A stretch of DNA of 64,000 bases. It comes from Candidatus Thorarchaeota archaeon. GTDB lineage: Archaea; Asgardarchaeota; Thorarchaeia; Thorarchaeales; Thorarchaeaceae. This document shows, piece after piece, positions 10,087 to 19,435 of the stretch; the stretch's first letter is position 1; each line of letters opens with the position of its first letter. Position numbers and translations under genes: made by a program. A model generated the notes under the pieces. The model was not told the DNA's origin. It did no database searches and was given only the letters and a program-made list of their open reading frames with translations. The stretch is taken from contig JBHIAE010000008.1 in the NCBI GenBank assembly GCA_046758445.1, positions 1-64,000 on the forward strand, written 5' to 3'.

Positions 10087-11301
10087 CTAGATGTCTATTC
10101 TCTCAGTTTTGCCCTTGTGGTCTATGGACTCTATGATTAGCGGTGAACCTTCTCCAGTGACATCCTTGATTCCGAGGAAGTCCTTCATCAATAAGAGCAA
10201 GTCCATGGGAACTACACAGCCCTCGGGCGGTAGCACACCCTTCTCAGTTATATTCCCTCGTTGCATGAGAATCGAGCCCAATGCTGCAGGAATACCTGTC
10301 CCCTCACCCATTGATTGTCCAACTGATGCCATTGAGAAGTTGTATTCATGCGGGTTGCCGTCAAGAATTCCTCCTACTCTTATCCTCAGACAGCCGCGTT
10401 GTGTGCCAAAGTTGGTTTCTTCAAGGATTCGGTCCCTCTGACTTAGAATGTACGATATGGCGAAGTTGAATGGAATGACCTGTTGTCCTCTAACATCAAT
10501 CGGTTCCTCCTGCACGATCCCCAGACGAACGATATCGCGAATCAGATCATAGTACTCAGGTGGAATGACGCAACCCAGATTGGTTACACGTTTGACCTTG
10601 ATATAATTAGGCAGGGTTATCGTTTCGGGGTGTGGATAGCAGTAGCTTCTGTACTTGCCAATCATGTGGTACTCTACTTCTTCCTCCAGCGCCCGACCGC
10701 TTTCCTCGAAGTATCTGACTGTGGTGAACTTGCCGTCGAGATACATGGGGATGTCAGCCAGCATGCTATGGATCCTGTGGGCAATGACTGCAGCGCCTTC
10801 AGTTGGTTCGCCTCCGTGAGCATGAAGGATGTCAATCGAGTCCACTTCGTCAAGCAGGACATCTGCACAGAACTTGGCCAATAGGTTGGCCACACCTGGA
10901 GAGCTGCCCATCCCTGTCAATGCAGTGATACCAGCCTTCTTCGCTTCATCATTCATCTCAAGCAGCAGTTTCGTGGCATCGAAGTCATCGCACACATCAA
11001 CGTAGTTGATACCTGCTTCAATCACAGTCTTCAGCACGATAGGTCCAAGCTTGTAGAAAGGACCACAGACGTTCAGAACCACGTCTGCACCCTTGACGAT
11101 CTCCTTGATGTTCTTGGGATCTGATGCATCGACCTCCACCGCTGAACACGTGTCTTCTCCCACCTCAGCCGCACACGATTTCGCACCTTCGTAGTCTATG
11201 TCTGCAACTACAATCTCAGAGAAGTCATCAAAGGATGCAAGAGTCTTAACAGCGACTCTCCCAACTGTGCCACAACCACCTATGACCACTATACGAGCCA
11301 T
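10087..11301 (-). CDS. Saccharopine dehydrogenase family oxidoreductase
   Basis: IVVIGGCGTVG Rossmann motif, NVCGPFY, YVDVCDD, GMGSSPG, HPETITLP. Confidence 0.9.
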   Translation of the reverse strand: MARIVVIGGCGTVGRVAVKTLASFDDFSEIVVADIDYEGAKSCAAEVGEDTCSAVEVDASDPKNIKEIVKGADVVLNVCGPFYKLGPIVLKTVIEAGINYVDVCDDFDATKLLLEMNDEAKKAGITALTGMGSSPGVANLLAKFCADVLLDEVDSIDILHAHGGEPTEGAAVIAHRIHSMLADIPMYLDGKFTTVRYFEESGRALEEEVEYHMIGKYRSYCYPHPETITLPNYIKVKRVTNLGCVIPPEYYDLIRDIVRLGIVQEEPIDVRGQQVIPFNFAISYILSQRDRILEETNFGTQRGCLRIRVGGILDGNPHEYNFSMASVGQSMGEGTGIPAALGSILMQRGNITEKGVLPPEGCVVPMDLLLLMKDFLGIKDVTGEGSPLIIESIDHKGKTERIDI

Positions 11302-11407
11302 GGAGCTTCTCTAATTTTCCAGATATTTAGGTCTGGCGCCTTGATTGTGGAACAGGACTTCGAAGACTCGATAAAAGAGAGCATTAGAGTGAAGTAACTG
11401 ATGAGAA

Positions 11408-12139
11408 TCACTCCAAAGTAATCCTGTCCCCCAAACATGCCTTCAAAGTATCAGAAGCGCGGGCGTTCTTTGCAGAAACTTCTAGGGTGTTAGAGCTTCC
11501 TGTTACAACGAAAACATCATCGTCTGGGCCATCAGAGTAGGTTCTGCAGTGCTTTATCCTCCGTACGACGGAACCTGCCCTAAGGGTCAGAGAATCGGAC
11601 TCCTGAGGCGGAATGTTGGTGACGATATTGCCAAATCCATCAATCCGGACCACCTCACCCTCACGACCATTCAAATGGAACTCTAGCTTAACGTCTAGAT
11701 GGTCCTTGGATGGACCAATGAATGTACCCGACTCACCCTTCGCGAATTGCGCCGCTGCTTTGGCGAAGACATCTCTCCCATGAAACGTGGCAGATGCATC
11801 ATCGTCAATCGTCAGACTGGTGATTTGCCTCACACCATCTCTCAAAACGGCGGGGTACATCAGACCATTGTCAGGGCCAATGAACACGTAGTTCTTCGTG
11901 TCAATAATCACTGCATCACGGTCAGTTCCAACTCCTGGATCCACAACACAGACAAAGATGCTCTCGCTTGGAAAGAACCTATAGCTCTGCAACAAGACCC
12001 AAGCCCCCTCTCTGATAGAATGAGAAGTGATTGTGTGGGTCAAATCGGTGATTGGCATATTGGGAGCTATGGTGTGAATCAGGCCTTTCATCATCCCTAC
12101 GTATTCAGACTCACCAAAGTCAGTCATCAAGACAATCAT
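11408..12139 (-). CDS. SAM hydroxide adenosyltransferase (DUF62, chlorinase/fluorinase family)
   Basis: LMTDFG, VVDPGVGTDR, GPDNG, ATFHGRDVFA, IDGFGN. Confidence 0.93.
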   Translation of the reverse strand: MIVLMTDFGESEYVGMMKGLIHTIAPNMPITDLTHTITSHSIREGAWVLLQSYRFFPSESIFVCVVDPGVGTDRDAVIIDTKNYVFIGPDNGLMYPAVLRDGVRQITSLTIDDDASATFHGRDVFAKAAAQFAKGESGTFIGPSKDHLDVKLEFHLNGREGEVVRIDGFGNIVTNIPPQESDSLTLRAGSVVRRIKHCRTYSDGPDDDVFVVTGSSNTLEVSAKNARASDTLKACLGDRITLE

Positions 12140-13266
12140 GTTACTTTAACCAACCGAATCTCATTGTAGTCCGTGATGACTCTGATATAACCTCTCAGAA
12201 TCTCATCTATCCTCTCTTCTCCGGTATCTACCTTGAGAGTACCACCGTCAATTCCACGGAGCTTTGCTGGAGTGCAAATCACCAGAATACGGTCCTTTCC
12301 AACTTTCTCTATGATTCTAGGGCTAATCTGTTGATTACCTCTCCCAAACAACATTCCTTGATGGCCAATTGGAGACACAACGATCCACGCCTTGCCAAAA
12401 TCGTCGATGAGATTGAGGATGGTTTGCTCATTGACATCATTGTGCGAATTACTTCTCTGATAAAGGTCCACTCCCAGAGTGGTCTTCTCAATCCCTAGAA
12501 GGTCGGCGACGGTCTTCACAGTAGTTCCAGGCCCAAGTATATACGACCCATCTTCTTCCATTGAATCAATCACGTGCCGTGCAATTGCCTCCTGCGCTTC
12601 CTGTTCGTCCATGGTTTCAGGGCTTGCCTGTTTCGCACCTTGGAATCTCGCAGGTACTGAGGGGCCGTTCAGGTAGCCGTACAACTTGATTATGAAACGA
12701 TCTTCTCTGATGGCCTCCTCGTCTGCATCCATGACCTCAAATTCAGCCGAAGTGGCCGTGTCCTCAGATGCTAGCCGAATCACCTCGGCTGCATCCTTTG
12801 GGTTAATGACGAAGATTCCACTATACATCTTAACTCCAGAGGGTACACCCAACACTAGCAAATCACCTATGTTGTGTTCCTGCAGTGCATCAAGTATGTC
12901 TCTTGCTGTGCCATCTCCGCCTACGAAGACCAGCAGTCTAACCCCTGCATCATAGAGGGCAGCTACGCATTTCTTAGTGTCGTCTGCGTCTGTTTCTTCA
13001 GTCATGCGTACTTTGACAACGTCGCAGTCCATCCCGCTTTCAAGCACTACACGCTCTCCCATTTCTCCAGGACAGGCAATCAGGTTGACTTTCCGAGCAC
13101 TGTGTCGCATTACACTATCAAGAGCCGAGAGAAACTCAGTCGCGCGGCCTGGAGCAACGGGCTCAGCCCCTCTTCGAATGGCCTCCTCTAGGACTCCATC
13201 AGTCCCCTTGAGACCGACGCGTCCTCCCATTCCGGCAATTGGGTTGACGAGCAGACCAACAATCAT
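12136..13266 (-). CDS. ATP-NAD kinase-like family protein
   Basis: VNPIAGMGGRVGLKGTDG, FVGGDGTARD, GVPSGVKMYSG, GRGNQQIS. Confidence 0.88.
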   Translation of the reverse strand: MIVGLLVNPIAGMGGRVGLKGTDGVLEEAIRRGAEPVAPGRATEFLSALDSVMRHSARKVNLIACPGEMGERVVLESGMDCDVVKVRMTEETDADDTKKCVAALYDAGVRLLVFVGGDGTARDILDALQEHNIGDLLVLGVPSGVKMYSGIFVINPKDAAEVIRLASEDTATSAEFEVMDADEEAIREDRFIIKLYGYLNGPSVPARFQGAKQASPETMDEQEAQEAIARHVIDSMEEDGSYILGPGTTVKTVADLLGIEKTTLGVDLYQRSNSHNDVNEQTILNLIDDFGKAWIVVSPIGHQGMLFGRGNQQISPRIIEKVGKDRILVICTPAKLRGIDGGTLKVDTGEERIDEILRGYIRVITDYNEIRLVKVT

Positions 13267-13859
13267 CAGGCCTTCCCTTCTATCAGAACCCCGACTTGAG
13301 CGGCCGACTGAATCCAGAAGGCAACCCTGACGAGCACCTCTTCCAAGAACCGGCTCCTATTGTCGGGAGTTGCATCCTCTGCCCAGTTGACCTGCCTGTA
13401 GTCGTTGAATCGGTTGAAGACTCTTCCATACCTTGTCCTGAGAGGTATTTTCACGTGTCGATCGCAAACCGTGTTCAATGCCCTGACAAGAGTTTCAAAG
13501 TCCAGTTCGAGTCGCAAGAGCCATTTGGTGATGGTCTTGAAGAAGGCCCTCGAATTGACTTCATCCCAAGGGAGCGTCTTCAATGCCTCTCGGTCATCAC
13601 CGGATATTCGGTCCGTATTGACCTCACATTCTTTTGCGAAGTTGCATCTCGCCCGAACGTAGACCTTCCGCTTTGAAATCCACAGGAAGATCTGATGCTC
13701 ACCCTTCTTGCGCCTCAGCTCCTTGTGAGGACCTCCAGGGAATATGACCTCTTTTACTCCGGAGTCTTTGTATCGAGCTCCACTCTTGAGGTAGAGTTCC
13801 AGGGCCCACGTGATTGGAGGAATCGTGTTCACTGCGTAGTACTCATCTGGTTTAGTCAT
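13266..13859 (-). CDS. Hypothetical protein
   Basis: 197-aa ORF whose stop overlaps the start of the downstream kinase gene. Confidence 0.75.
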   Translation of the reverse strand: MTKPDEYYAVNTIPPITWALELYLKSGARYKDSGVKEVIFPGGPHKELRRKKGEHQIFLWISKRKVYVRARCNFAKECEVNTDRISGDDREALKTLPWDEVNSRAFFKTITKWLLRLELDFETLVRALNTVCDRHVKIPLRTRYGRVFNRFNDYRQVNWAEDATPDNRSRFLEEVLVRVAFWIQSAAQVGVLIEGKA

Positions 13860-13965
13860 TGTCTAAGCCAGATGCAATACATCCACCCTGATATGGATTC
13901 GGTTTGTACTGTTGGAATACATTAGAAGCAATTACACTAGCGCGGGTTGAATAGACAAGAGAAGA

Positions 13966-14514
13966 CTAACGTACTCCCTTCTGACGCTTCTCCACGAGTA
14001 TATTACCGAGGTGCTCGAATATGTCAATGATACCCTCGCCAGTCTTGGCACTGCTTTCGACGTAGGGCATTCCATGAGAATCAGCAAACTCCCTTCCCTC
14101 TTTTGGTTCAACTACCCTGTCAGGAAGGTCGGTCTTGTTGGCGACCAATACTAGTGGAATCTCCTTTTGGATGGCCTTCTGAAGTTCGTCAAGCCACTCT
14201 TCAAGTAACATGAAGGTCCGGCGACGACTGACATCAAAAACGAGAAGACCACCATTTGAACCTCGATAGTACATTGGACGTAGAATCTGAAAACGAGATT
14301 GGCCTGCAACATCCCAGATCTGCAACTTCACCACAACGTCATCTCCGCCGTCCTTCGCGATATCGATGTTCTTCACTGCGAACTGAGAGCCGATTGTCGT
14401 CTTGTAGTCAGTCCGGAAGAAGCCGTGTGAGAAACGCGTGACAATTGCCGTCTTGCCTACAGCCCCTTCACCTAAGACTACAACTTTGAACAGGTAGTCG
14501 TAGCTGCTACTCAT
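13966..14514 (-). CDS. Rab-like small GTPase (Ras superfamily)
   Basis: G1 GEGAVGKT, G2 TTIG, G3 WDVAGQ, G4 NKTD, G5 ESSAK; RabF-like KLQIW and YYRG. Confidence 0.96.
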   Translation of the reverse strand: MSSSYDYLFKVVVLGEGAVGKTAIVTRFSHGFFRTDYKTTIGSQFAVKNIDIAKDGGDDVVVKLQIWDVAGQSRFQILRPMYYRGSNGGLLVFDVSRRRTFMLLEEWLDELQKAIQKEIPLVLVANKTDLPDRVVEPKEGREFADSHGMPYVESSAKTGEGIIDIFEHLGNILVEKRQKGVR

Positions 14515-14646
14515 GTTCTTGTCCTCCGGAGGTGACTTGTGGCAGGCGTTCTCCAGCGCGTTATGAAGCCGAGCGCACTAATAAGGTTTCGTCATATCGT
14601 GACTGGCAGGCGGTGATACTCGCATCTGGCGACTGTAGCTCTGTGT

Positions 14647-15450
14647 CTAGGAGGATATCAACTCTCTCTCAACCCAATCCAGATACTTTCGAAGCAGCTG
14701 GTTGAACATCTCTGGATTATGAAGCATAGGAACATGATGTGCGTCCTTTACCACAGCGATGTCTGCACGGGGGATAGCATCCTCAAACTGCTTTGCCACA
14801 TTTGGAGGAACTATGTCGTCATGCTCGCCAACTAGGATGAAGGTTGGAACGTCGATGCTTCCGAGTTCTTCAGTGATATCGAACTTGTTTGAGGCGGCGA
14901 GGTCTCTTGCCATGATTCGAGGCCTCCTACGCTTGGTATCCTCTTCTCTGCGAATGATGTCATAGGCCTCTTGGAACACTCCTTCTCTTCGCCCTCTCAG
15001 TAGGAAGAGCTGGGTTTCAATCGTTTCCTTTGCCAGTCCCCGCGCAAGCTTGGATAGTTCAAGACAGGGAGATGTGTCCACAAGTGTGATGGCGCAAGGT
15101 TTGCGCAACTCATCGTTCAGTGTATACGACATCACAACCCCACCACCCATCGAGTGCCCAATGAGTACAAAGTCCGAAAGATCAAGATGCTCTATTAGGG
15201 CGGCCACTTCTATCGCATACACTTGGTCGATGCTTGCCTCGTCCAAACCGGGGTCTGACTCTCCATGACCTGAGAGGTCTAGAGCTACTACTCTGTGGGA
15301 TCTTCTAAACTCCTTCATCTGTAAGGCCCATGTTTCATGTGAGGACCCTGCGCCATGGACGAACACCAGAGAGAGACCTGTCTTCTTGTCGGACCTCTCA
15401 TCTTCGTCACGGTAGTGAAACTGAATCTCTTGGAACTTGAAGAAAGGCAT
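14647..15450 (-). CDS. Alpha/beta hydrolase
   Basis: FVHGAG, DLSGHG, nucleophile GHSMGG, GEHD, AHH. Confidence 0.92.
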   Translation of the reverse strand: MPFFKFQEIQFHYRDEDERSDKKTGLSLVFVHGAGSSHETWALQMKEFRRSHRVVALDLSGHGESDPGLDEASIDQVYAIEVAALIEHLDLSDFVLIGHSMGGGVVMSYTLNDELRKPCAITLVDTSPCLELSKLARGLAKETIETQLFLLRGRREGVFQEAYDIIRREEDTKRRRPRIMARDLAASNKFDITEELGSIDVPTFILVGEHDDIVPPNVAKQFEDAIPRADIAVVKDAHHVPMLHNPEMFNQLLRKYLDWVERELISS

Positions 15451-15575
15451 GGATGAAGACCTCCGGGATGTTAGACATTTGCGCGTCTAGGTTATTTAGA
15501 GATATTCCGCCTGAAGGAAAGTTCTTCCCTCTTCCTCCAGTAGGTACCTTTTTGTCTGCTTAAGCTTGCTCTGGT

Positions 15576-16961
15576 GTGAGCGACATGACCGGCAGGTTGT
15601 TCGGAACGACTGGCATCAGAAAGATCTATGGAACAGAGTTCGACCCATTAATGGCTCTGAAGATCGGGAAAGCACTTGGGACCTATCTTGAGAAGGGCAC
15701 CGTTGTTATTGCCAGGGATGTGAGAACAACCAGTCAGATGATTGAGGATGCTCTCACAGCAGGAATTCTGTCCACAGGAGTGAATGTGGCCAGGGCTGGC
15801 ATGGTGCCTACACCCACGCTCTCCTTCATCACGAAACAACACGGCTTCGATGCAGGACTGATGGTAACAGCCTCACACAACCCCCCAGAGTACACAGGAG
15901 TCAAGTTCTGGAGTCGTGATGGAATTGGGTATACGCCCGACAAGGAGGCGATAATCGAGGGTATCTACGACTCTGGCGAGTTCAGGGTGGCAGCATGGGA
16001 CAAGTTAGGCTCAGAGAGCGAGCTCGGAAGTGCAGTGGATGAACACATAGACTCAATCCTTTCGCATTGTGACCATAAGCTCATCAGCTCTAAGGAGTTC
16101 AGCGTTGTCGTCGATCCAGGCAACGGTTCAGGATCGGTCCTCACTCCTCAACTGATGACACGACTTGCATGCAAGGTGATTTCGATAAACAGCGAACCAG
16201 ACGGTCACTTCCCCTCAAGACGCTCTGAGCCGGACGAAGATTCTCTCGGAGATCTGGTGAGAACGGTAAGAGACGTGGCGGCGGACCTTGGCATCGCGCA
16301 CGATGGAGATTCTGACAGAGTAGTCTTTGTCACCAATACTGGAGAGGTCGTAAGGGGAGATCGAATGATTGCACTCCTCGCGAGAGAAGTCATCGAAAAG
16401 AAAGACAGTAAGGCTATTGTTACAACAGTTGATAGCTCGCTTGTTCTGGATGAGACCGTAGAGAAAGCTGGTGGCACCACGCTAAGAACGCCAGTCGGGG
16501 ATATTCAAGTGGCAATCAAGATGAAAGACACAGGTGCAACCTTCGGGGGTGAGGCCGCTGGAGTCTTCATCTATTCCGACTTTCAACAAGCACCTGAGCC
16601 TTTCCTGACAGCGTGCAGGGTCCTTGAATTATTGGCAAAGACCGGAAGGAGCATAGGAGATCTCATCTCAGAAATCCCCATCTATCCGTTGAAGAAAGCG
16701 AAGCTGAAAGTCCCGAATGATATGAAGAGCAAGGTCATGGCCAAACTGAAAAAGACTCTTCCAAAGGCAATGACCGGTACTGTTGATGTGGTAACTGTCG
16801 ACGGGTTGGGAATCAACTTGAAGGATGGTTGGGTGTTGGTGAGACCTTCTGGCACTGAACCGGTCATTAGAATCACATGTGAAGCCCGCTCTCCAAAGAC
16901 TGTGGAAAGGATTCTTGCTGAAGCCAAGAAAGCAGTAGAGATGGCAATTGAGGCATCCTGA
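15576..16961 (+). CDS. glmM: Phosphoglucosamine mutase / phosphohexomutase
   Basis: LFGTTGIR, TASHNP, metal loop DGDSDR, GGE, VRPSGTEP. Confidence 0.88.
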   Translation: MSDMTGRLFGTTGIRKIYGTEFDPLMALKIGKALGTYLEKGTVVIARDVRTTSQMIEDALTAGILSTGVNVARAGMVPTPTLSFITKQHGFDAGLMVTASHNPPEYTGVKFWSRDGIGYTPDKEAIIEGIYDSGEFRVAAWDKLGSESELGSAVDEHIDSILSHCDHKLISSKEFSVVVDPGNGSGSVLTPQLMTRLACKVISINSEPDGHFPSRRSEPDEDSLGDLVRTVRDVAADLGIAHDGDSDRVVFVTNTGEVVRGDRMIALLAREVIEKKDSKAIVTTVDSSLVLDETVEKAGGTTLRTPVGDIQVAIKMKDTGATFGGEAAGVFIYSDFQQAPEPFLTACRVLELLAKTGRSIGDLISEIPIYPLKKAKLKVPNDMKSKVMAKLKKTLPKAMTGTVDVVTVDGLGINLKDGWVLVRPSGTEPVIRITCEARSPKTVERILAEAKKAVEMAIEAS

Positions 16962-17058
16962 CCACACCGAACATTTAATCACAGCAGCAATCCCTCATCT
17001 ACGCTGACAATGTTTATAGACAAACCCACACAATCTGGGGTCTGAGGAGGTCCAATGC

Positions 17059-17433
17059 ATGAGTAAAGACGACGAACTGGCGCTGGATGAAGAGTTTCTT
17101 TGGGCACTTCAGGATCCCACTGAACAGAAAATCAAGGCCCTTGGAGAAGTCGTCAGCATAATCACGACCAAGCTCACAGAGGCAATCTCCGAACTGCAAG
17201 AGAATGTGTACAATCTTCAGAACCAAGTTGACAGTTTGGGTGCGAAGATCAGCTCTCTAGAGAGAAGTGGTGTGAGTGTGGCCCCCTCAGCTGCTGCCTC
17301 AGCGGCTCCAGCCTCTGCCGAGGCGCCCATAGCCAAAGCTCCAGCACCAAAGGCTCCATCAGGACCTGGAGGGATGATGGGAGAGCTAAAGGCACTACTG
17401 GCTGCTAGAAGAAGAAAGGCTGAAGGCACCTAG
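17059..17433 (+). CDS. Small coiled-coil protein with Ala/Pro-rich linker and C-terminal basic amphipathic helix (VASP FAB/WH2-like)
   Basis: Heptad region LTEAISELQENVYNLQNQVDSLGAKISSLE; linker APSAAASAAPASAEAPIAKAPAPKAPSGP; tail GGMMGELKALLAARRRKA; GAGGAGG upstream. Confidence 0.75.
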   Translation: MSKDDELALDEEFLWALQDPTEQKIKALGEVVSIITTKLTEAISELQENVYNLQNQVDSLGAKISSLERSGVSVAPSAAASAAPASAEAPIAKAPAPKAPSGPGGMMGELKALLAARRRKAEGT

Positions 17434-17449
17434 GCCAAGTCCTGCTTCG

Positions 17450-18117
17450 CTATATAAGACGGTCGACACTGTTCTTCGTATAGAATGGGCCAGCGTGTGT
17501 TGGCATGACTATTCTGAACGCTTCCGCTCTTTTGCAGGCGGCTTGGACACCACGAAGGCGAGTTCTTGCATCATACAGCTTCAGATAGTATTGGTCTGAC
17601 TTTGGGACCTGTGACTTATGTTCATTCAATGCCTGTATTGCTGCAGAATACGTCTTCGTAATGTCTACATGAACGTGAGGCCTCGAGAGAAGGTTATTCA
17701 CTTCCATGTGGTAGACTCTCTGTACTCTGTGAGCATTGTCGAAGACAGTGGCGTGCGAGGCCCACTCTACTGCCTCATCAACAATCCGTGAACACTCAAT
17801 GTGGTTCTTATTGTAATCCTCCTCGGAGTGAGTGATGACCACAGACGGTCGCGACTTCAGGATCACTCCTATGGTTTCATTGGTCAATGAGGGGTCAATC
17901 GCAAAATCGTCTCTATCGTTAGGTAGAGCTGACGAATGCCCAAGACGTTGCAGGCATTTCTGAGCTCCGTGTTTCTATTCTCATTGCCTGTCATACACTG
18001 AACGTCAACAGGGATACCGTGGTCCACATGTTGCCGAATGGTTCCTCCGGCACCCAGAGTTTCATCGTCAGGATGCGCAACTATGACCAGAATAGAACCC
18101 TCAGTGGAGTCATTCAT
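17450..18117 (-). pseudogene. bshB: PIG-L family deacetylase (BshB-like) split by a 1-nt frameshift near 17920 (true lesion or sequencing error)
   Basis: N-half ILVIVAHPDDETLGAGGTI; C-half RPSVVITHSEEDYNKNH...VDIT...HKSQ...AEAF. Adding one base at cta-acg gives a continuous LYLNDRDDFAIDPSLTNETIG. Confidence 0.85.
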
Positions 18118-18249
18118 GAAAGGGTCATTGTTGATGCGACTAATCAAGGTTTGGCAGAGCACAAGCCATTAAAGCTCACAGGCTTCATGCCCAGTAGGGA
18201 ATGTCGAGACCATTTCCCTTAAAGGGTCGCATCTTCGCCTTGTCTGAAG

Positions 18250-19422
18250 GTGGATTGCTTGAGGATAGGAGTGAATCTGTATCCGTCAATGGGTGGTTCG
18301 GGGCATCTTGCCACCAGACTCGGTCAGCACCTTGCACGAAGCGGCCACATAATCCATTTCATCTCATATCAGAGGCCTTTCTCTCTCATGTGGGAGCAGA
18401 CAAGGGGCGTCTACGTAGACTTAGTTGACCGTTTTGACTATCCCCTCTTCAAGACGATTGGACCACCCTATACAGTGGCATTGGCGTCGAAGATAATCAA
18501 GACTGTGAAAGACTCAAAGCTTGATCTGATTCACTCCCATTACGCCATCCCGCATGCCACGTCGGCTTACATGGCCAGGAATATAATCGGAGTGCCTTAT
18601 GTAGTAACTCTGCATGGTTCAGATGTTCATACACTTGGATTAGACCCCGCTTATCGTCCTGTTGTTAGGCATACGATAGAGAATGCGGATGCAGTCACTG
18701 TTGTGTCTGACTTCTTGAGGAGGAAAGCCCATGACGAAATGGGAATTGAAAGGGACATACATGTCATCCCAAACTTCATCGATGTGGAGCGATTTCGACG
18801 ACTGGATGGCATCAGGCTAACAGTTGAGAGCGGGTGTGTGTCCCTGCGTGATGCCGAAGAAGCAAAGGCGTTGAATCCCGGAGAGAAGATTCTGCTTCAT
18901 GCTTCAAACTTCCGGAGAGTAAAACGTGTTGTGGAGCTCATTGATATCCTGAGGATTGTGGTTGATCATCGTCCGAAAGTACGCCTGATAATTGCAGGAG
19001 ATGGACCGACGCGCATTGAGGTGGAGAGGAAGATTGAAGCGCTTGACCTCTGTGATAATGTACATCTACTTGGCATCAAAAGTAACATGCAGGAGATCAT
19101 GTGCTCTTCAGACGTGTTTCTTCTGAATTCCACTCTCGAAGGGATGCCTCTTGTACTGCTTGAGGCAATGTCCTGCGGACTCCCTGTAATCACTACTCCT
19201 GCAGGAGGAATCCCTGAACTGGTGCGACCTGGGAAGGACGGTATCGTCACAAAAGGGTTTGATTCTGAGGAGTTCGCACAGGCTGTGATTGAGATGCTTG
19301 ATGACGACTCTCTCCGGAGCAAGATTGGACAGGCAGGAAGAACACGAGTTGAAGAGAGCTTCTCAGCGGACAAGATAGTGCGCAAGTACGAGGCAGTTTT
19401 CGAGAAGGTTCTAGCCGGCTAG
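18250..19422 (+). CDS. bshA: N-acetyl-alpha-D-glucosaminyl L-malate synthase (GT4)
   Basis: YPSMGGSGHLATRLG, HSHYAIPHA, TLHGSDV, HASNFRRVKRV, EGMPLVLLEAM. Confidence 0.9.
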   Translation: MDCLRIGVNLYPSMGGSGHLATRLGQHLARSGHIIHFISYQRPFSLMWEQTRGVYVDLVDRFDYPLFKTIGPPYTVALASKIIKTVKDSKLDLIHSHYAIPHATSAYMARNIIGVPYVVTLHGSDVHTLGLDPAYRPVVRHTIENADAVTVVSDFLRRKAHDEMGIERDIHVIPNFIDVERFRRLDGIRLTVESGCVSLRDAEEAKALNPGEKILLHASNFRRVKRVVELIDILRIVVDHRPKVRLIIAGDGPTRIEVERKIEALDLCDNVHLLGIKSNMQEIMCSSDVFLLNSTLEGMPLVLLEAMSCGLPVITTPAGGIPELVRPGKDGIVTKGFDSEEFAQAVIEMLDDDSLRSKIGQAGRTRVEESFSADKIVRKYEAVFEKVLAG

Positions 19423-19435
19423 GGAGGCCCTTTGA

